Below, piece by piece: positions 51,401-61,497 of a DNA stretch of 62,000 bases (the stretch's first letter is position 1; each line of letters starts with the position of its first letter). Below the pieces are notes generated by a model. It saw only the letters and a program-made list of their open reading frames with translations, searched no databases and was not told where the DNA came from. The position numbers and the translations under genes were made by a program. Origin of the DNA: Wallemia ichthyophaga EXF-994 (Eukaryota > Fungi > Basidiomycota); NCBI RefSeq assembly GCF_000400465.1, contig NW_008806285.1:206001-268000 (forward strand), given 5' to 3'.

Positions 51401-52873
51401 TTCGGTACATCCAATTGAGCTCCTCTTCAGAATAAGGCCTTGAAGGTGGTTTGGCGGTACTAGATGAGGGTGACGTTGGCATCACATAGGGAGAGTCGGG
51501 GGGAGGTGGATGCGAAGGGTGGTTGACTAGGGTCTGCTGGTGCACTGGAAATGGGCTAGGTTGCACCTGACGAGAAGGTATCTTAATATTCGACTGAGAA
51601 TAAGTTTTTGGAGGCAGCGGTTTCATTTGAGTACCTGGCGATGTCACTTGTGGCTGAGGTGGAGCGTATACTTGTGCACCACCTTGCCTATGTTTGACAT
51701 AATTCGCTGGTATATTTGGTGGTACGGCAGGATAAACCGCAGGATTGTCCGAGTGATGGTAGCCGTCATACATATTAGAAATACTCCTTGCGCCTTGCAA
51801 TGGTTTTCGGTTGTGAGTAGTTGGTGGCACGCCAAGACTAGGAACTGGCATTTGCAACTGACGCTGAGTGGGATATGGGTGGTTATAGGGTTGTTGAGTT
51901 GATGGAGGTGGTCTTGAGCTCCACGAAGGCGAAGCCATTGCTGGGTATGGTGAATGTCGGGTTGATTTTTGTAAGCTTCTGTGATCTGCGGTATACGAAG
52001 ACAACGGTTTCCTATCAGTGTGCTGTTGCTGCTGTTGCACTCTCTCACGCTCCCTTAGAAGTAACAATCTTTCACGTTCCCTGTTTCTCCTGCGAACCAG
52101 GTCCACTTCGGAGCGAGGCATTTCACTACCGGCGACCTGTTCCGCCCATTGTCGCTGCTGACGCTCTATCTGTCTATTTTGCACCTCGCGTGCACGCTCG
52201 TCCTCAATCCGTAGATCCTCCTGTAGCTTCTGTGCTAACTCATGATCGCGCTGCTCTTGCTCGAATTTCGACATAAGGACATGCTGCTCTTGTTCTACAG
52301 ATGAGGAGGACATCGGTACACCGAAATTGTCAAGTCTAGTTCCAGTGCTGACGCTGCGTGAAGGCGCTGTGCCTCGGCTGCTCGGTCTTGGCTGTCTGCC
52401 AGGTCTCAAACTGAGCGGCAAGTTGAAATCAGTGTTGGTAACAGCTTGTGGACGCTCTACCTTGACTAGAATATGCGCGAGTACGTTTTGGGTTGAGTTC
52501 CTGGACGTCTGAGTGTTCAAAATTGCGTCCAATTCGCGATTGGAGATGGCTTTGGGAGAGGTCTGGCGAAGGAATAGATCTGTGAGGTAGAAATTGCAAT
52601 ATGGGTAGTCGTCTTCGTAGATAGGCAGCTGCGCTTTGAGATTAGCGCTAGTTGAACGTACACAGCGAGACTCACACAAGTAAGCACTGAGACTCTAGCT
52701 CTGTTGTAGCTGAACACGTTGCTGACGTCTACTGGATTCCAGCTGCCACCAACGATAGATACCATCAGGATTCTGATCTCTGCGGGATTGTCGAGTGACG
52801 CCTTGTGCTTGTGGTAGCTCATTTGCTTGTGGTGATTCGCGCTTTCGTCACTGTTTACTCTGAAATGTTTCAT
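48450..52873 (-). CDS. BCK1: MAP kinase kinase kinase, Bck1/Mkh1-like
   Basis: WVKGDLIGKGSFGHVYLALN, HRDLKADNLL, ISDFGVSK, GYSAKCDIWSLGCVFLEMF..RPW; start codon approximate. Confidence 0.85.
51301..51347 (-). repeat. 15-bp tandem repeat x3 (SPPYA) inside the MAPKKK CDS
   Basis: GGTGGGGATGCGTAT repeated; protein reads YVSPPYASPPYASPP. Confidence 0.8.
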
Positions 52874-52949
52874 CTATTCCCACTATCTCAGCATCAACGT
52901 CGTCTGCAAGAGATAGGCTGAGCACACAAAATAAATTTTATAAGCAAAA

Positions 52950-54143
52950 CTAATTATCTCTATTCCTGGCAGCTACGAATCTCTTAAGTACAACCTCCTT
53001 CACTCTATACTCGGCCAGCAGTTTAGCCGGGTCATCGAGGTTGCGAACCTTTTCTTGGGATGGTATTTGCACGTACGCGAGAATTAAAGTCTTTTTAGCT
53101 TGTCCATTCACCCTATTTATGGTGTTGAGCCACTGCCAGCTGAGCTTGTCCGAATTGTGCAGGTCAAATGGACTCGACTCTTTGTCTCGTTGATCCTCGT
53201 ATGTTGGACAAATGACGACAGCAAATTCTGCGTGGTGGAAGACTGGGCCACGCTTATAGAGCACAATGTCTACGCAGAACTTGATACCACTCTTTATCAC
53301 CCATCCTAGCGATCTGTAGTAGTGATAGATGGCATAATTGACTAGGAATGGGTTATCGAGGCGCTGCAGGCAAGTGTCTCTTGAATCCGGAGCGTTTTGA
53401 AGGAACATTGAAGCTAGTCTGCACTCCTTCCAGAGCTGATTGATGGGTATCACCGCGTCCGTGTATGGATCCACAATCTTCAGACAGCCAATCCCCCAAG
53501 CCAAGAAAAAGGCCTCTGGAAGAGTGAGTTGGAGATGCTCAGCATTGGACAAATCTTGTTGTTCTTCTTGTGTATCAGGCTCTAGAGGTTCCCACTTCGG
53601 TGGACTAGACGGCTCAATCGGATTAGAGCTTTTTTCATTTAAAGGCAGGTTATCGTTGTCATCTGCAGGCATTGGTGGAGACAGTTTTATACTATCAGAG
53701 CCCTCCAAAGCAGCCTCAGCGGCCAACTGAGCTTCAGATAAGACCTTTGCTCTTTCAATCTTCATTTTGTTCCTCTCTATACGTCTCTTGGAGGTAATTT
53801 CTTCAGCAGTTGGCTGTGGTTTGTCACCAACGGCCAATTTACGCTGACGGTCATTCCAAGTTGGCTCAGAGCGGCTAAGTGAACCTTTGCCAAAGAATCC
53901 TCTAGTCCAGAGCACTCTGACGTCTCTCTCGTTGATAACCCACACGGATTGGGTTTGCTTGATGTACACGCCCACGCATTGCGGATTAATTAGCGATTTC
54001 TGTCCAAATCTACTCAAACCGGCCAAGAAAGTCGACGGCCTCTGATCGATGAGAACTGGGAGTGGATTGGCGTATATTCTATTCTGATGCTGTTTTATTC
54101 TTTTATGCGCTGTATTGTTTCTTGGTGGTGGATTTGCAGCCAT
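52950..54143 (-). CDS. SEN2: tRNA-splicing endonuclease catalytic subunit Sen2
   Basis: LWTRGFFGKGSLSRSEPTW, EHLQLTLPEAFFL, YHYYRSLGWVIKSGIKFCVDIVLYKRGPVFHHAEF; likely ATG at 54143 (an upstream in-frame start at 54194 exists). Confidence 0.95.
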   Translation of the reverse strand: MAANPPPRNNTAHKRIKQHQNRIYANPLPVLIDQRPSTFLAGLSRFGQKSLINPQCVGVYIKQTQSVWVINERDVRVLWTRGFFGKGSLSRSEPTWNDRQRKLAVGDKPQPTAEEITSKRRIERNKMKIERAKVLSEAQLAAEAALEGSDSIKLSPPMPADDNDNLPLNEKSSNPIEPSSPPKWEPLEPDTQEEQQDLSNAEHLQLTLPEAFFLAWGIGCLKIVDPYTDAVIPINQLWKECRLASMFLQNAPDSRDTCLQRLDNPFLVNYAIYHYYRSLGWVIKSGIKFCVDIVLYKRGPVFHHAEFAVVICPTYEDQRDKESSPFDLHNSDKLSWQWLNTINRVNGQAKKTLILAYVQIPSQEKVRNLDDPAKLLAEYRVKEVVLKRFVAARNRDN

Positions 54144-54196
54144 TGTGATGGCGTCGTGGCTGTTTGGGTAGAAGCGATCGTTAAGAGTTATCAACC

Positions 54197-55099
54197 ATGT
54201 CTTCTCTGTGTGAGTCTATGCTACCAGCGTACATCACAAGCATTTCTAATTCCTGGTACAGCTTCAGCGCCACCAAAATTACTAGCGCTGTACATAACAG
54301 TACCAATTGTTAGTTGTACCTTGGGTGATGATCTGATGATCTGCGCGAAATACTGACGCTACCACAAAGCTCGCATTCGGTATGGGATATTTGCTAGGCA
54401 GACCAAGTGGATCACAGCTGCGCACAACTACCGATTCGGAGGAAGAAGACAGTGACGATGAACCTCAGGAGGGGCTTGGATCGGTGAAGCCGAGTATTTT
54501 AGAGCCATGCAAGATGGTCAGTGGTGTTTTTATTATCGTTACTCCCTTTAACGTGATAATGCGACACAAAAGGTTTTAGTCGTTAGAACTGATTTAGGTA
54601 TGACCAAAGGCAAAATAGCAGCGCAATGCAGGTGAGATCGGATTATGAAGCTCGTTATATGCTTACATATCCAGCCACGCCACTTTGGCTTGCTACAAGG
54701 CACTCCAGCAGTCAAATCCAGCCGTAAGTGTGTTCTGAGGCGGCTGCAACGACCTGACAATCTAAAGCTGCTTCGTCACTGGGAGCGTACTGGGTGAGTT
54801 TGGAATATCTCTTGGCACTCCCAACTTGCTTAGATGACGATACAGCCAAGCAAAGATAACAGTACAAGCAAAGTCAGAAGAGGAGCTTATGATACTGCAA
54901 GCACAAGCACAGTCTGTGAATGTATGTGCAAAGACCATTCAGGATGCGTGAGTGCTTTGTTTATCGCGGTGATTGGTGGCTCACTAAGCACCACAGTGGG
55001 CGCACACAGATAGAAGCCGGATCAACTACAGTGCTAGGCGTTGGACCAGCACCTGTAGATCTTGTCAACGTGGTGACTTCCGAGCAGAAGCTGTTGTAG
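54197..55099 (+). CDS. PTH2: Peptidyl-tRNA hydrolase 2 (N-terminal TM anchor)
   Basis: Spliced MSSLSSAPPKLLALYITVPILAFGMGYLLG; VVRTDLGMTKGKIAAQC; GRTQIEAGSTTVLGVGPAP. Confidence 0.9.
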
Positions 55100-55236
55100 A
55101 ATGACCAAATGTGTTTTGTAAATCTTCCAAAGGAAAAGAAAGCAGCCAACAAATGCCAAGGATCAAATGGATGAAACTGAGTTTACAATCATGTACGTAA
55201 GTTGAGTAGATCGAAACCTGAGAAACGACGCTAAGT

Positions 55237-55622
55237 TTAATCAGCGTGAACATCACGGAGACGACGGATGGTGCTGTGAAAATGGTTAGCATATCATTGG
55301 AATCACTTAAGATCACTCCACCCACCTACGGACAGTGGTTGCTGCTGGAGTAGCCAAAGCATAGGCACCACCTGCAATAACCTTACGACAGGCCTTACAG
55401 TTCCAGATACCGGTAGCGGTACGCTTTACTGAATCTTTACCACAGAAGGTGCATGTGTAACGTGCGTGCTGTGAGATTTCCATCTTTTTTACTTGCTTAC
55501 GCAAGGAAGCACCATAGCGGACACCGTATTTTCCTGTGACACCGACCTTACGAGTACCTGTGGGCGTATACGATTTGAGTGGTTGCACTTAATTTAAATA
55601 TATTTCACTAACGCTTGACCAT
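55237..55622 (-). CDS. RPL43: 60S ribosomal protein L43 (eL43/L37a)
   Basis: MVK|[35 protein letters not shown]; two introns. Confidence 0.97.
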
Positions 55623-56026
55623 TTTTGGAACCTGTGTGTACTTGAAAGACGAGTGCCCAATTCGAAATTTTACACTGAATGCGAGGATTTTTCGCAATAT
55701 AAAATTACCAAGAAAGTGCTGAAAAGGGAGCATCAAGGGGTTTTTAGGGGCGCTTGAGGTGCTTGGGATGGTCTACAGTCCACTCCAGCTGTCTTCTCTG
55801 TTGAAGTTTGTGACGTTGATTGAAGATTTGAACCTAGGCTAGAGCGCAGAAGGACAACTATATTGTGATATACGCGTCATGCTCCTTACTACACACATTC
55901 CCTTTGACTCCCTTGAAATTAAAAATTTTAGACAGATTTTAGCGGATTCTCGCATCTTGTCCTTCACGCTTAACGTCGACGAGATTTAAACCGCTTTACT
56001 TCAATAAAAGTAACTGCAATCTCACA

Positions 56027-57141
56027 ATGGGTGCCAACAAGATCGAGAAAGAGAACTACTTCAACCGTCTCCAAGAGCTCATTGAGACGTACCCATCCAT
56101 CTTCATTGTCAACATCGACAACGTGTCTTCCAACCAAATGCACCAGATCCGTCAAGCCCTCCGTGGCAAGGGTCAAGTGCTTATGGGTAAGAACACCATG
56201 GTCCGTAGAGCCTTGAAGATTTTCATCCAATCAAACCCACAATACGAGCGTCTTTTGACACACGTTAAGGGTAACATTGGTTACGTCTTCACCTCTGGCG
56301 ACTTAAAGGACATCAGGGACATCATTGTCGCCAACAAGGTCAGAGCCCCAGCCAGAGCTGGTCTCTACTCACCAGAAGATGTCTACATTCCTGCTGGTAA
56401 CACTGGTATGGAGCCAGGTAAGACTTCTTTCTTCCAAGCTCTCGGTGTCCCAACCAAGATTGCCCGTGGTACCATTGAAATCATCAGTGACATCAGAGTT
56501 GTTGAGAACAACACCCGTGTCGGTGCTTCTGAGGCTACTTTGCTCAACATGCTCAACATCTCTCCATTCACCTTCGGTATGACATGTGTGCAAGTTTACG
56601 ACAACGGTCAAATCTTCTCACCAACTGTTCTCGATGTCACTGAGGAGACTCTCATCGGCAGATTAATGACCGCTGGTAACCAAATCGCTGCCATCTCATT
56701 GGCCATCAACTACCCAACCTTGCCAGCAGCTATGCACTCGTTCATCAACTCATTCAAGAACATCATGGCTGTTTCTGTTGCAACTGACTACACTGTCAGC
56801 TACACTGAAAAGGTGAGTCTATTAAGCGCTCTATTCTTATGGCGGTCAGTTCTACGTGATGATTTCTTACTTATGTCAACACTGAAAATTCTTACACTGA
56901 AAAGTGGTGGTGAAAAACCAAGACGGGTCGCTGACTAGAACCCCGCCATGAGGAAGCGCGTGTGCTCATGCACTAACGCTAACACGATACACAGGTCAAG
57001 GACATGATCGCCAACCCAGATGCGTACGCTGCTGCTGCCCCAGCTGCTGCCACTGGTGGTGAAGCTGCCCCAGCTGCTGAGGAGAAGAAGGAGGAGGAAG
57101 AGGAAGAGGATGAAGACATGGGTCTCGGTCTCTTTGACTAA
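56027..57141 (+). CDS. RPP0: 60S acidic ribosomal protein P0 (uL10)
   Basis: [30 protein letters not shown]-terminal [14 protein letters not shown]; one 182-nt intron at 56813-56994. Confidence 0.99.
56849..56941 (+). ncRNA. Intronic box C/D snoRNA with an LSU rRNA guide
   Basis: Box C GTGATGA 56856-62, box D CTGA 56931-34, stems GTTCTA/TAGAAC and ATGGCGG/CCGCCAT; guide CAAGACGGGTCG is complementary to the conserved LSU CGACCCGUCUUG. Confidence 0.88.
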
Positions 57142-57285
57142 ACTGTTTGAAGAGCGTTTATTGTACTATGAATGTTTTGCTGCAGTAATGAAAAGTGTGC
57201 CCGGTTTTTTTTGTGTGTCCTAAACGTTGTATTTGTTAACAATCGAATCTCCACATTGTGCTGCCCTTGCTCACTATCAATCAGG

Positions 57286-58101
57286 ATGCCCAACCCCACG
57301 CAACAATCGTACCGAATCAGAAACTGGGAAATAAAGACGCAAAAGTCGACGATACCTTCAATGCCCGAAAGCGACGCCTTGGCTGCTGAACTCGGGATCC
57401 CAATACCAGAGATGACATTCCTATCGAGTGGAGTGGAGGTGCTAGACACAGATAGCGGATTTAAGTTAAGTTTCAATGCGCGTGATGCACTACGTGGAGT
57501 GAGCAAACAGAATGAATTGAGGGTATCTTACGCCGATCACTGGCGAAGCAGTCGACAACCGCACGAAGCATCCACCATACAGCCTAGTCAGCCATGGGAC
57601 TGGACTTACAGTACGACATACAGCGGCAGCACAGAAAGTGAAAGAGCACACTGGCAGCCCATCCCCACCACTACACCAGTCATTCCCATCGATAAACTCA
57701 GTGACACCACCCAGCCTATCCTCTTCTACGACGATGTGCAACTTTACGAAGACGAACTAGGCGACAACGGTCAAGTAGGTCTTAATGTGAAAATACGCGT
57801 TATGCCTTTCGCTTGGTTCATCCTTCAGCGCTTCTTCCTCCGTGTGGATGACGTCCTCTTTCGCATGTACGACGTGCGCGTTTATCACGATTTCAGCGGC
57901 AATGTCGTCTCGCGTGAGTGTGCGGGCTGGGAGGCGGGTTGGGAGGCTATGAAGCAGTGTCTGCCCCCTCATACACCTAACATTCTTTCAGATGAACCTG
58001 TCATCCAGGCAACGCTGCGCACTATGGAGAAATACAACACGCATACTAATTGCACGCAATGGAAGGGACTGGGGTGTGTGAAGGAGGTGTGTGAGTTGTG
58101 A
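57286..58101 (+). CDS. TIP41: TIP41/TIPRL-like PP2A regulator
   Basis: GIPIPEMTF, WDWTYSTTYSG, ILFYDDVQLYEDELGDNG, KIRVMP, RFFLRVDDVLFR. Confidence 0.93.
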   Translation: MPNPTQQSYRIRNWEIKTQKSTIPSMPESDALAAELGIPIPEMTFLSSGVEVLDTDSGFKLSFNARDALRGVSKQNELRVSYADHWRSSRQPHEASTIQPSQPWDWTYSTTYSGSTESERAHWQPIPTTTPVIPIDKLSDTTQPILFYDDVQLYEDELGDNGQVGLNVKIRVMPFAWFILQRFFLRVDDVLFRMYDVRVYHDFSGNVVSRECAGWEAGWEAMKQCLPPHTPNILSDEPVIQATLRTMEKYNTHTNCTQWKGLGCVKEVCEL

Positions 58102-58254
58102 GTTGTGAGAGTTGAACGGTGATGGTATTCATGTTGATTGATTATGCGACTATTTAATACAAAGCTTGTAGAGCTTGAGTGTTTGTGGGTGTGTGAGGAG
58201 TGTTAGATGTGCAAGAGGTGTGCATACGCTTGTGTATTGCTTATAGATTTCACC

Positions 58255-59538
58255 CTACACCAACCCCTTTTCCTCAATCTTGGCAGCTGTAGCTTCGATC
58301 TGCGCCAGTGTGTTAGACAAGCACTCCATACCATAATACAATACGAAACCCACCAAAGAAGCGACCGATTTGATTTGTGCATCCCACCCATGTGTGTGTG
58401 GAGCATAAGCAGCTTCAAATTGTCTATCATCTTCCTGCGCAGCAGCCACATGCGCCGCACCACCCAAGTCGCCTTCGTGGGTAGCATGTGAAGGAGTGAA
58501 CACGATAACGGCATCGACCTGATCAATATAAGCTTCTAATCTCGACTGTACTATCATAGTGGATGCAATAGTTTCAGCACCGTAGGACGATAAATTGAGT
58601 AATGCACCTAGACGCGTGAAGGTGATGTTATCGAATATCTTACTAGCTGCCAACAAATTATGCTCAATCATCGCACGTTCGAGCACATTCGTAGGCGTAT
58701 GTTTTGCCCCTTGCTCGTCCACGTTATTGTGCGTGTAGCTGATCTGCGCTATTTGATGTGCAGATAGGTGTTCAGCAAAAGATGCTATGTCGTCTGCTGA
58801 TAAAATTCGCTCGAGGAATACCTTCTCGAGTATTATGTGGTGTTGTGTAGAACGACTCCTTTCGTCGCGGTAGAGTGATGCGAGGATGCGACTGCGTTTA
58901 GGACCAGCTGGTGCAAGTATAGCAGTAACTATCGCAGCCGAAAGAGAACTTAGTCTATCTTCATAATCGAGATCAGCTTCATAGCTCAGTTGCTGGAAGA
59001 TAGTGGCAGATCTTATAAAGTCGCGCTTGTAGTCGAGAATTCTAGCCTGACTCAGTTTGAAAGACAGGATAAGTGATTTATTCGTCGTGGTGTGTATCAC
59101 TGTCGCGGCCTTGTTGAGATAAGACTCGGAACTTATAGAGTCATCGACTTCCAAATACAGTCTGACAATCTTGATGTACGTGTCGAGCTTACTATCGATA
59201 CTCTCAAGTAAATCGAAGTTCAGCTTCGTTAATTCGTTCGCAGCGCTCGACAAATCGTCAGCGTTGAAGTACAAATCGGATGCTTGGATATGGAGCTGAT
59301 TGTTCAGATGATCGTAGAGGCTGTAATGGCTAAGAATATCACACGCAGAAGCGATATTCTTCACCAAGCCAGATTTGATGAGGTGCTCTGTACATTGTTC
59401 AACAACAGACTTCTTCTGAATGAGGTTGTAGTTTGAGCTGAGAATTGAGTTGAGCGTATCTGCGATGTTTCCATCCAACTGCTCAAATAGCAGAGTATAA
59501 TTTTTGGCGTCGATTATCTCCTCAATACTCGTCATCAT
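58255..59538 (-). CDS. CSN4: COP9 signalosome subunit 4
   Basis: ARILDYKRDF, ILAPAGPKRSRILASLYRDER, LERAMIEHNLLAASKIFDNITF, PCI domain; in-frame 54-nt terminal intron. Confidence 0.92.
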   Translation of the reverse strand: MMTSIEEIIDAKNYTLLFEQLDGNIADTLNSILSSNYNLIQKKSVVEQCTEHLIKSGLVKNIASACDILSHYSLYDHLNNQLHIQASDLYFNADDLSSAANELTKLNFDLLESIDSKLDTYIKIVRLYLEVDDSISSESYLNKAATVIHTTTNKSLILSFKLSQARILDYKRDFIRSATIFQQLSYEADLDYEDRLSSLSAAIVTAILAPAGPKRSRILASLYRDERSRSTQHHIILEKVFLERILSADDIASFAEHLSAHQIAQISYTHNNVDEQGAKHTPTNVLERAMIEHNLLAASKIFDNITFTRLGALLNLSSYGAETIASTMIVQSRLEAYIDQVDAVIVFTPSHATHEGDLGGAAHVAAAQEDDRQFEAAYAPHTHGWDAQIKSVASLVGFVLYYGMECLSNTLAQIEATAAKIEEKGLV

Positions 59539-59561
59539 CGGTAGACCTAGAGAGAGGGAAA

Positions 59562-60110
59562 ATGACTTCAATTCAGAAAGCAATGGGTCTTGAATTTTTG
59601 AAGTACAAGGTTAGTAACCTCGAAGGCAGCGTGGAGTACAAGCAGAGCGTCGTTGTCGATGTTACAGCGCTGTTATATGGGATAGAGGTGCTGAAGCGGT
59701 GGATACATGATAAAACCCATGTAATTATGATACCACTGCACGCAATAAACAGCCTGGATGTGTTCAAGGGGATGGGTGATGACGATATCCAGTACAGATC
59801 CCGCAATGCATCTGCGTTTATCGAAAAGGAGTTGAAGAAGCAGACGATAAAGCTGCAGGAGTCTATCCCACTCACCAGCAACCACTACACAAACATAATA
59901 AATTCACTTAAACTGACTTCAAACGCGTCCAAGCTGGTCGTCGTTGGTACTGGCGCGGACGTGGACAGACTCAATACAGATGAAATCACACAGCACACGC
60001 AGCAATCTGGCTACGACGTCGACTTGCTTTTGCCTGCAGAAATTGAAGATGCTGCACTGTGGTCAAAACAGAGGAAATTGAAATATTTGAATAAAAGTAA
60101 GAAGAAGTAA
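59562..60110 (+). CDS. PIN-like domain protein (Swt1/Smg6-type PIN_4-like)
   Basis: VVVDVTALLYG..VIMIPLHAINSLDVFKG..SRNASAFIE resembles the PIN_4 pattern; Lys-rich C-terminus. Confidence 0.55.
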   Translation: MTSIQKAMGLEFLKYKVSNLEGSVEYKQSVVVDVTALLYGIEVLKRWIHDKTHVIMIPLHAINSLDVFKGMGDDDIQYRSRNASAFIEKELKKQTIKLQESIPLTSNHYTNIINSLKLTSNASKLVVVGTGADVDRLNTDEITQHTQQSGYDVDLLLPAEIEDAALWSKQRKLKYLNKSKKK

Positions 60111-60237
60111 GAGGTTAGGGTCTGAGGACTACGAAACAAGATGAATGAGTGTCCATCCGCACTCAAGATAATCACACCACAGCCACAGCGCACACTTTTA
60201 GATTAGAGGAGATTGATCTTGTGTATATCAATTAAGT

Positions 60238-60465
60238 TTAAAATGCAGGCACCTTTAAATACGGTTAGAGCGTCTACAGCGCAGCTATCCAACTCACCAA
60301 CAAATCACCAGCGACTCTGATAAAACCAATTGATCCAATGAAGAAGGCTGATCCCCATACGATTGGCATGTTCTCTGGTGCGAAAGATGACTTCAAGTAC
60401 TTCCTGATAGTCGACTCATTGGTTGCTCCTTCGCTTGTCGTGAGGTAGGCTGGCTTGTCACTCAT
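60238..60465 (-). CDS. TOM6: Mitochondrial import receptor subunit Tom6-like
   Basis: MSDKPAYL..FAPENMPIVWGSAFFIGSIGFIRVAGDLL|VPAF* after a GTGAGT..CTAAC..AG intron; resembles yeast Tom6 GAFFVAGVAFIQ..MLAPQL. Confidence 0.7.
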
Positions 60466-60560
60466 TTTGCGTTCTGGGAAGACGGACAGGGACAAACAGA
60501 CATATTCAAGATAACCGACGTAACAAAATATTATGACAAAAATTTAACAACAAAAACATT

Positions 60561-61400
60561 TTACAGCTTTTGCATAGCAGCAATATCAGTGGATTGGACG
60601 TGGTCCTCATCTGCCTCGACTTGCTCTTGGAGTTCTTCCAAACCGACCTTCTCGTCCTCAACGACGAGAGTAACTTGCAACTTGTTTACACCGTATCCAA
60701 CTGGGACAAGCTTGGAGAGACCCCAGGTAAGTCCATCAATCTCAATTGATCTCATGTTCTCCTCCAATTTCTTCATGTCTGTCTCGTTGTCCCATGGCTT
60801 CACGTCGAAGGTAACGACAGACTTCTGCACGGTCTTTGGCTTCTTTGACTTCTTCTCGTTGTACATAGCAACTCTCTCTGACTTGATACGCTCAGCTTCT
60901 GGGTCCTCATCGTCGGAGCCGAAGAGGTCAACGTCATCGTCCTCCTCCTTGGACTCGGCAGCTGGTGCTGGTGCTGCTGGTGCGCTACCTGCTGGGGCTG
61001 AGCCGTACAAGGAAGCAGCGAAAGCGCCACCGCCAAGAACATCAAATTGGTCCTTGAAGGTGCTGATGTGGTTGAACCATCTGCTGACGTTCTGGTATTG
61101 AGCTGGAGCGCTGCCTACTTGCTTGTAGACAAAGACGTCAGCTTGGGATGGGTTGTGTCTGGGGCTTGTTAGACGGGTGTAACGTGTGTAAGAGCGTATC
61201 AAGACAACAGCACACAATGCTCAGTAGTATTGGATTGTTTATCTGCATAAAAAGCGGGGTCTTAATCCGCACTAGGAAACACGGACCAATAGTAGAATCA
61301 TCATGTTGTGTGCTGTATGCCACGCTCTCCAGTTCTCCACTTACGCATCAACGTATGAGTTGTTTTGGAGGTGTTGATCGAGCTGCTTCAAATCAACCAT
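60561..61400 (-). CDS. EFB1: Translation elongation factor 1-beta
   Basis: [15 protein letters not shown]|[64 protein letters not shown]. Confidence 0.97.
61207..61316 (-). ncRNA. snR18: Intronic box C/D snoRNA, U18/snR18 homolog
   Basis: Box C ATGATGA (61304-61298), guide TTGGTCCGTGTTTC complementary to LSU GAAACACGGACCAA, box D CTGA (61224-61221), 11-bp terminal stem ACAGCACACAA/TTGTGTGCTGT; yeast snR18 is likewise hosted in the EFB1 intron. Confidence 0.92.
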
Positions 61401-61497
61401 CTTGTTATTTGTCTGAATGAAGAGAGAGAAGCCAGCGCAATCGCGAAGACTACATGTTGGAAAAATTTCTGCAAGAATTAAAAATCTTTTTTGTGAA

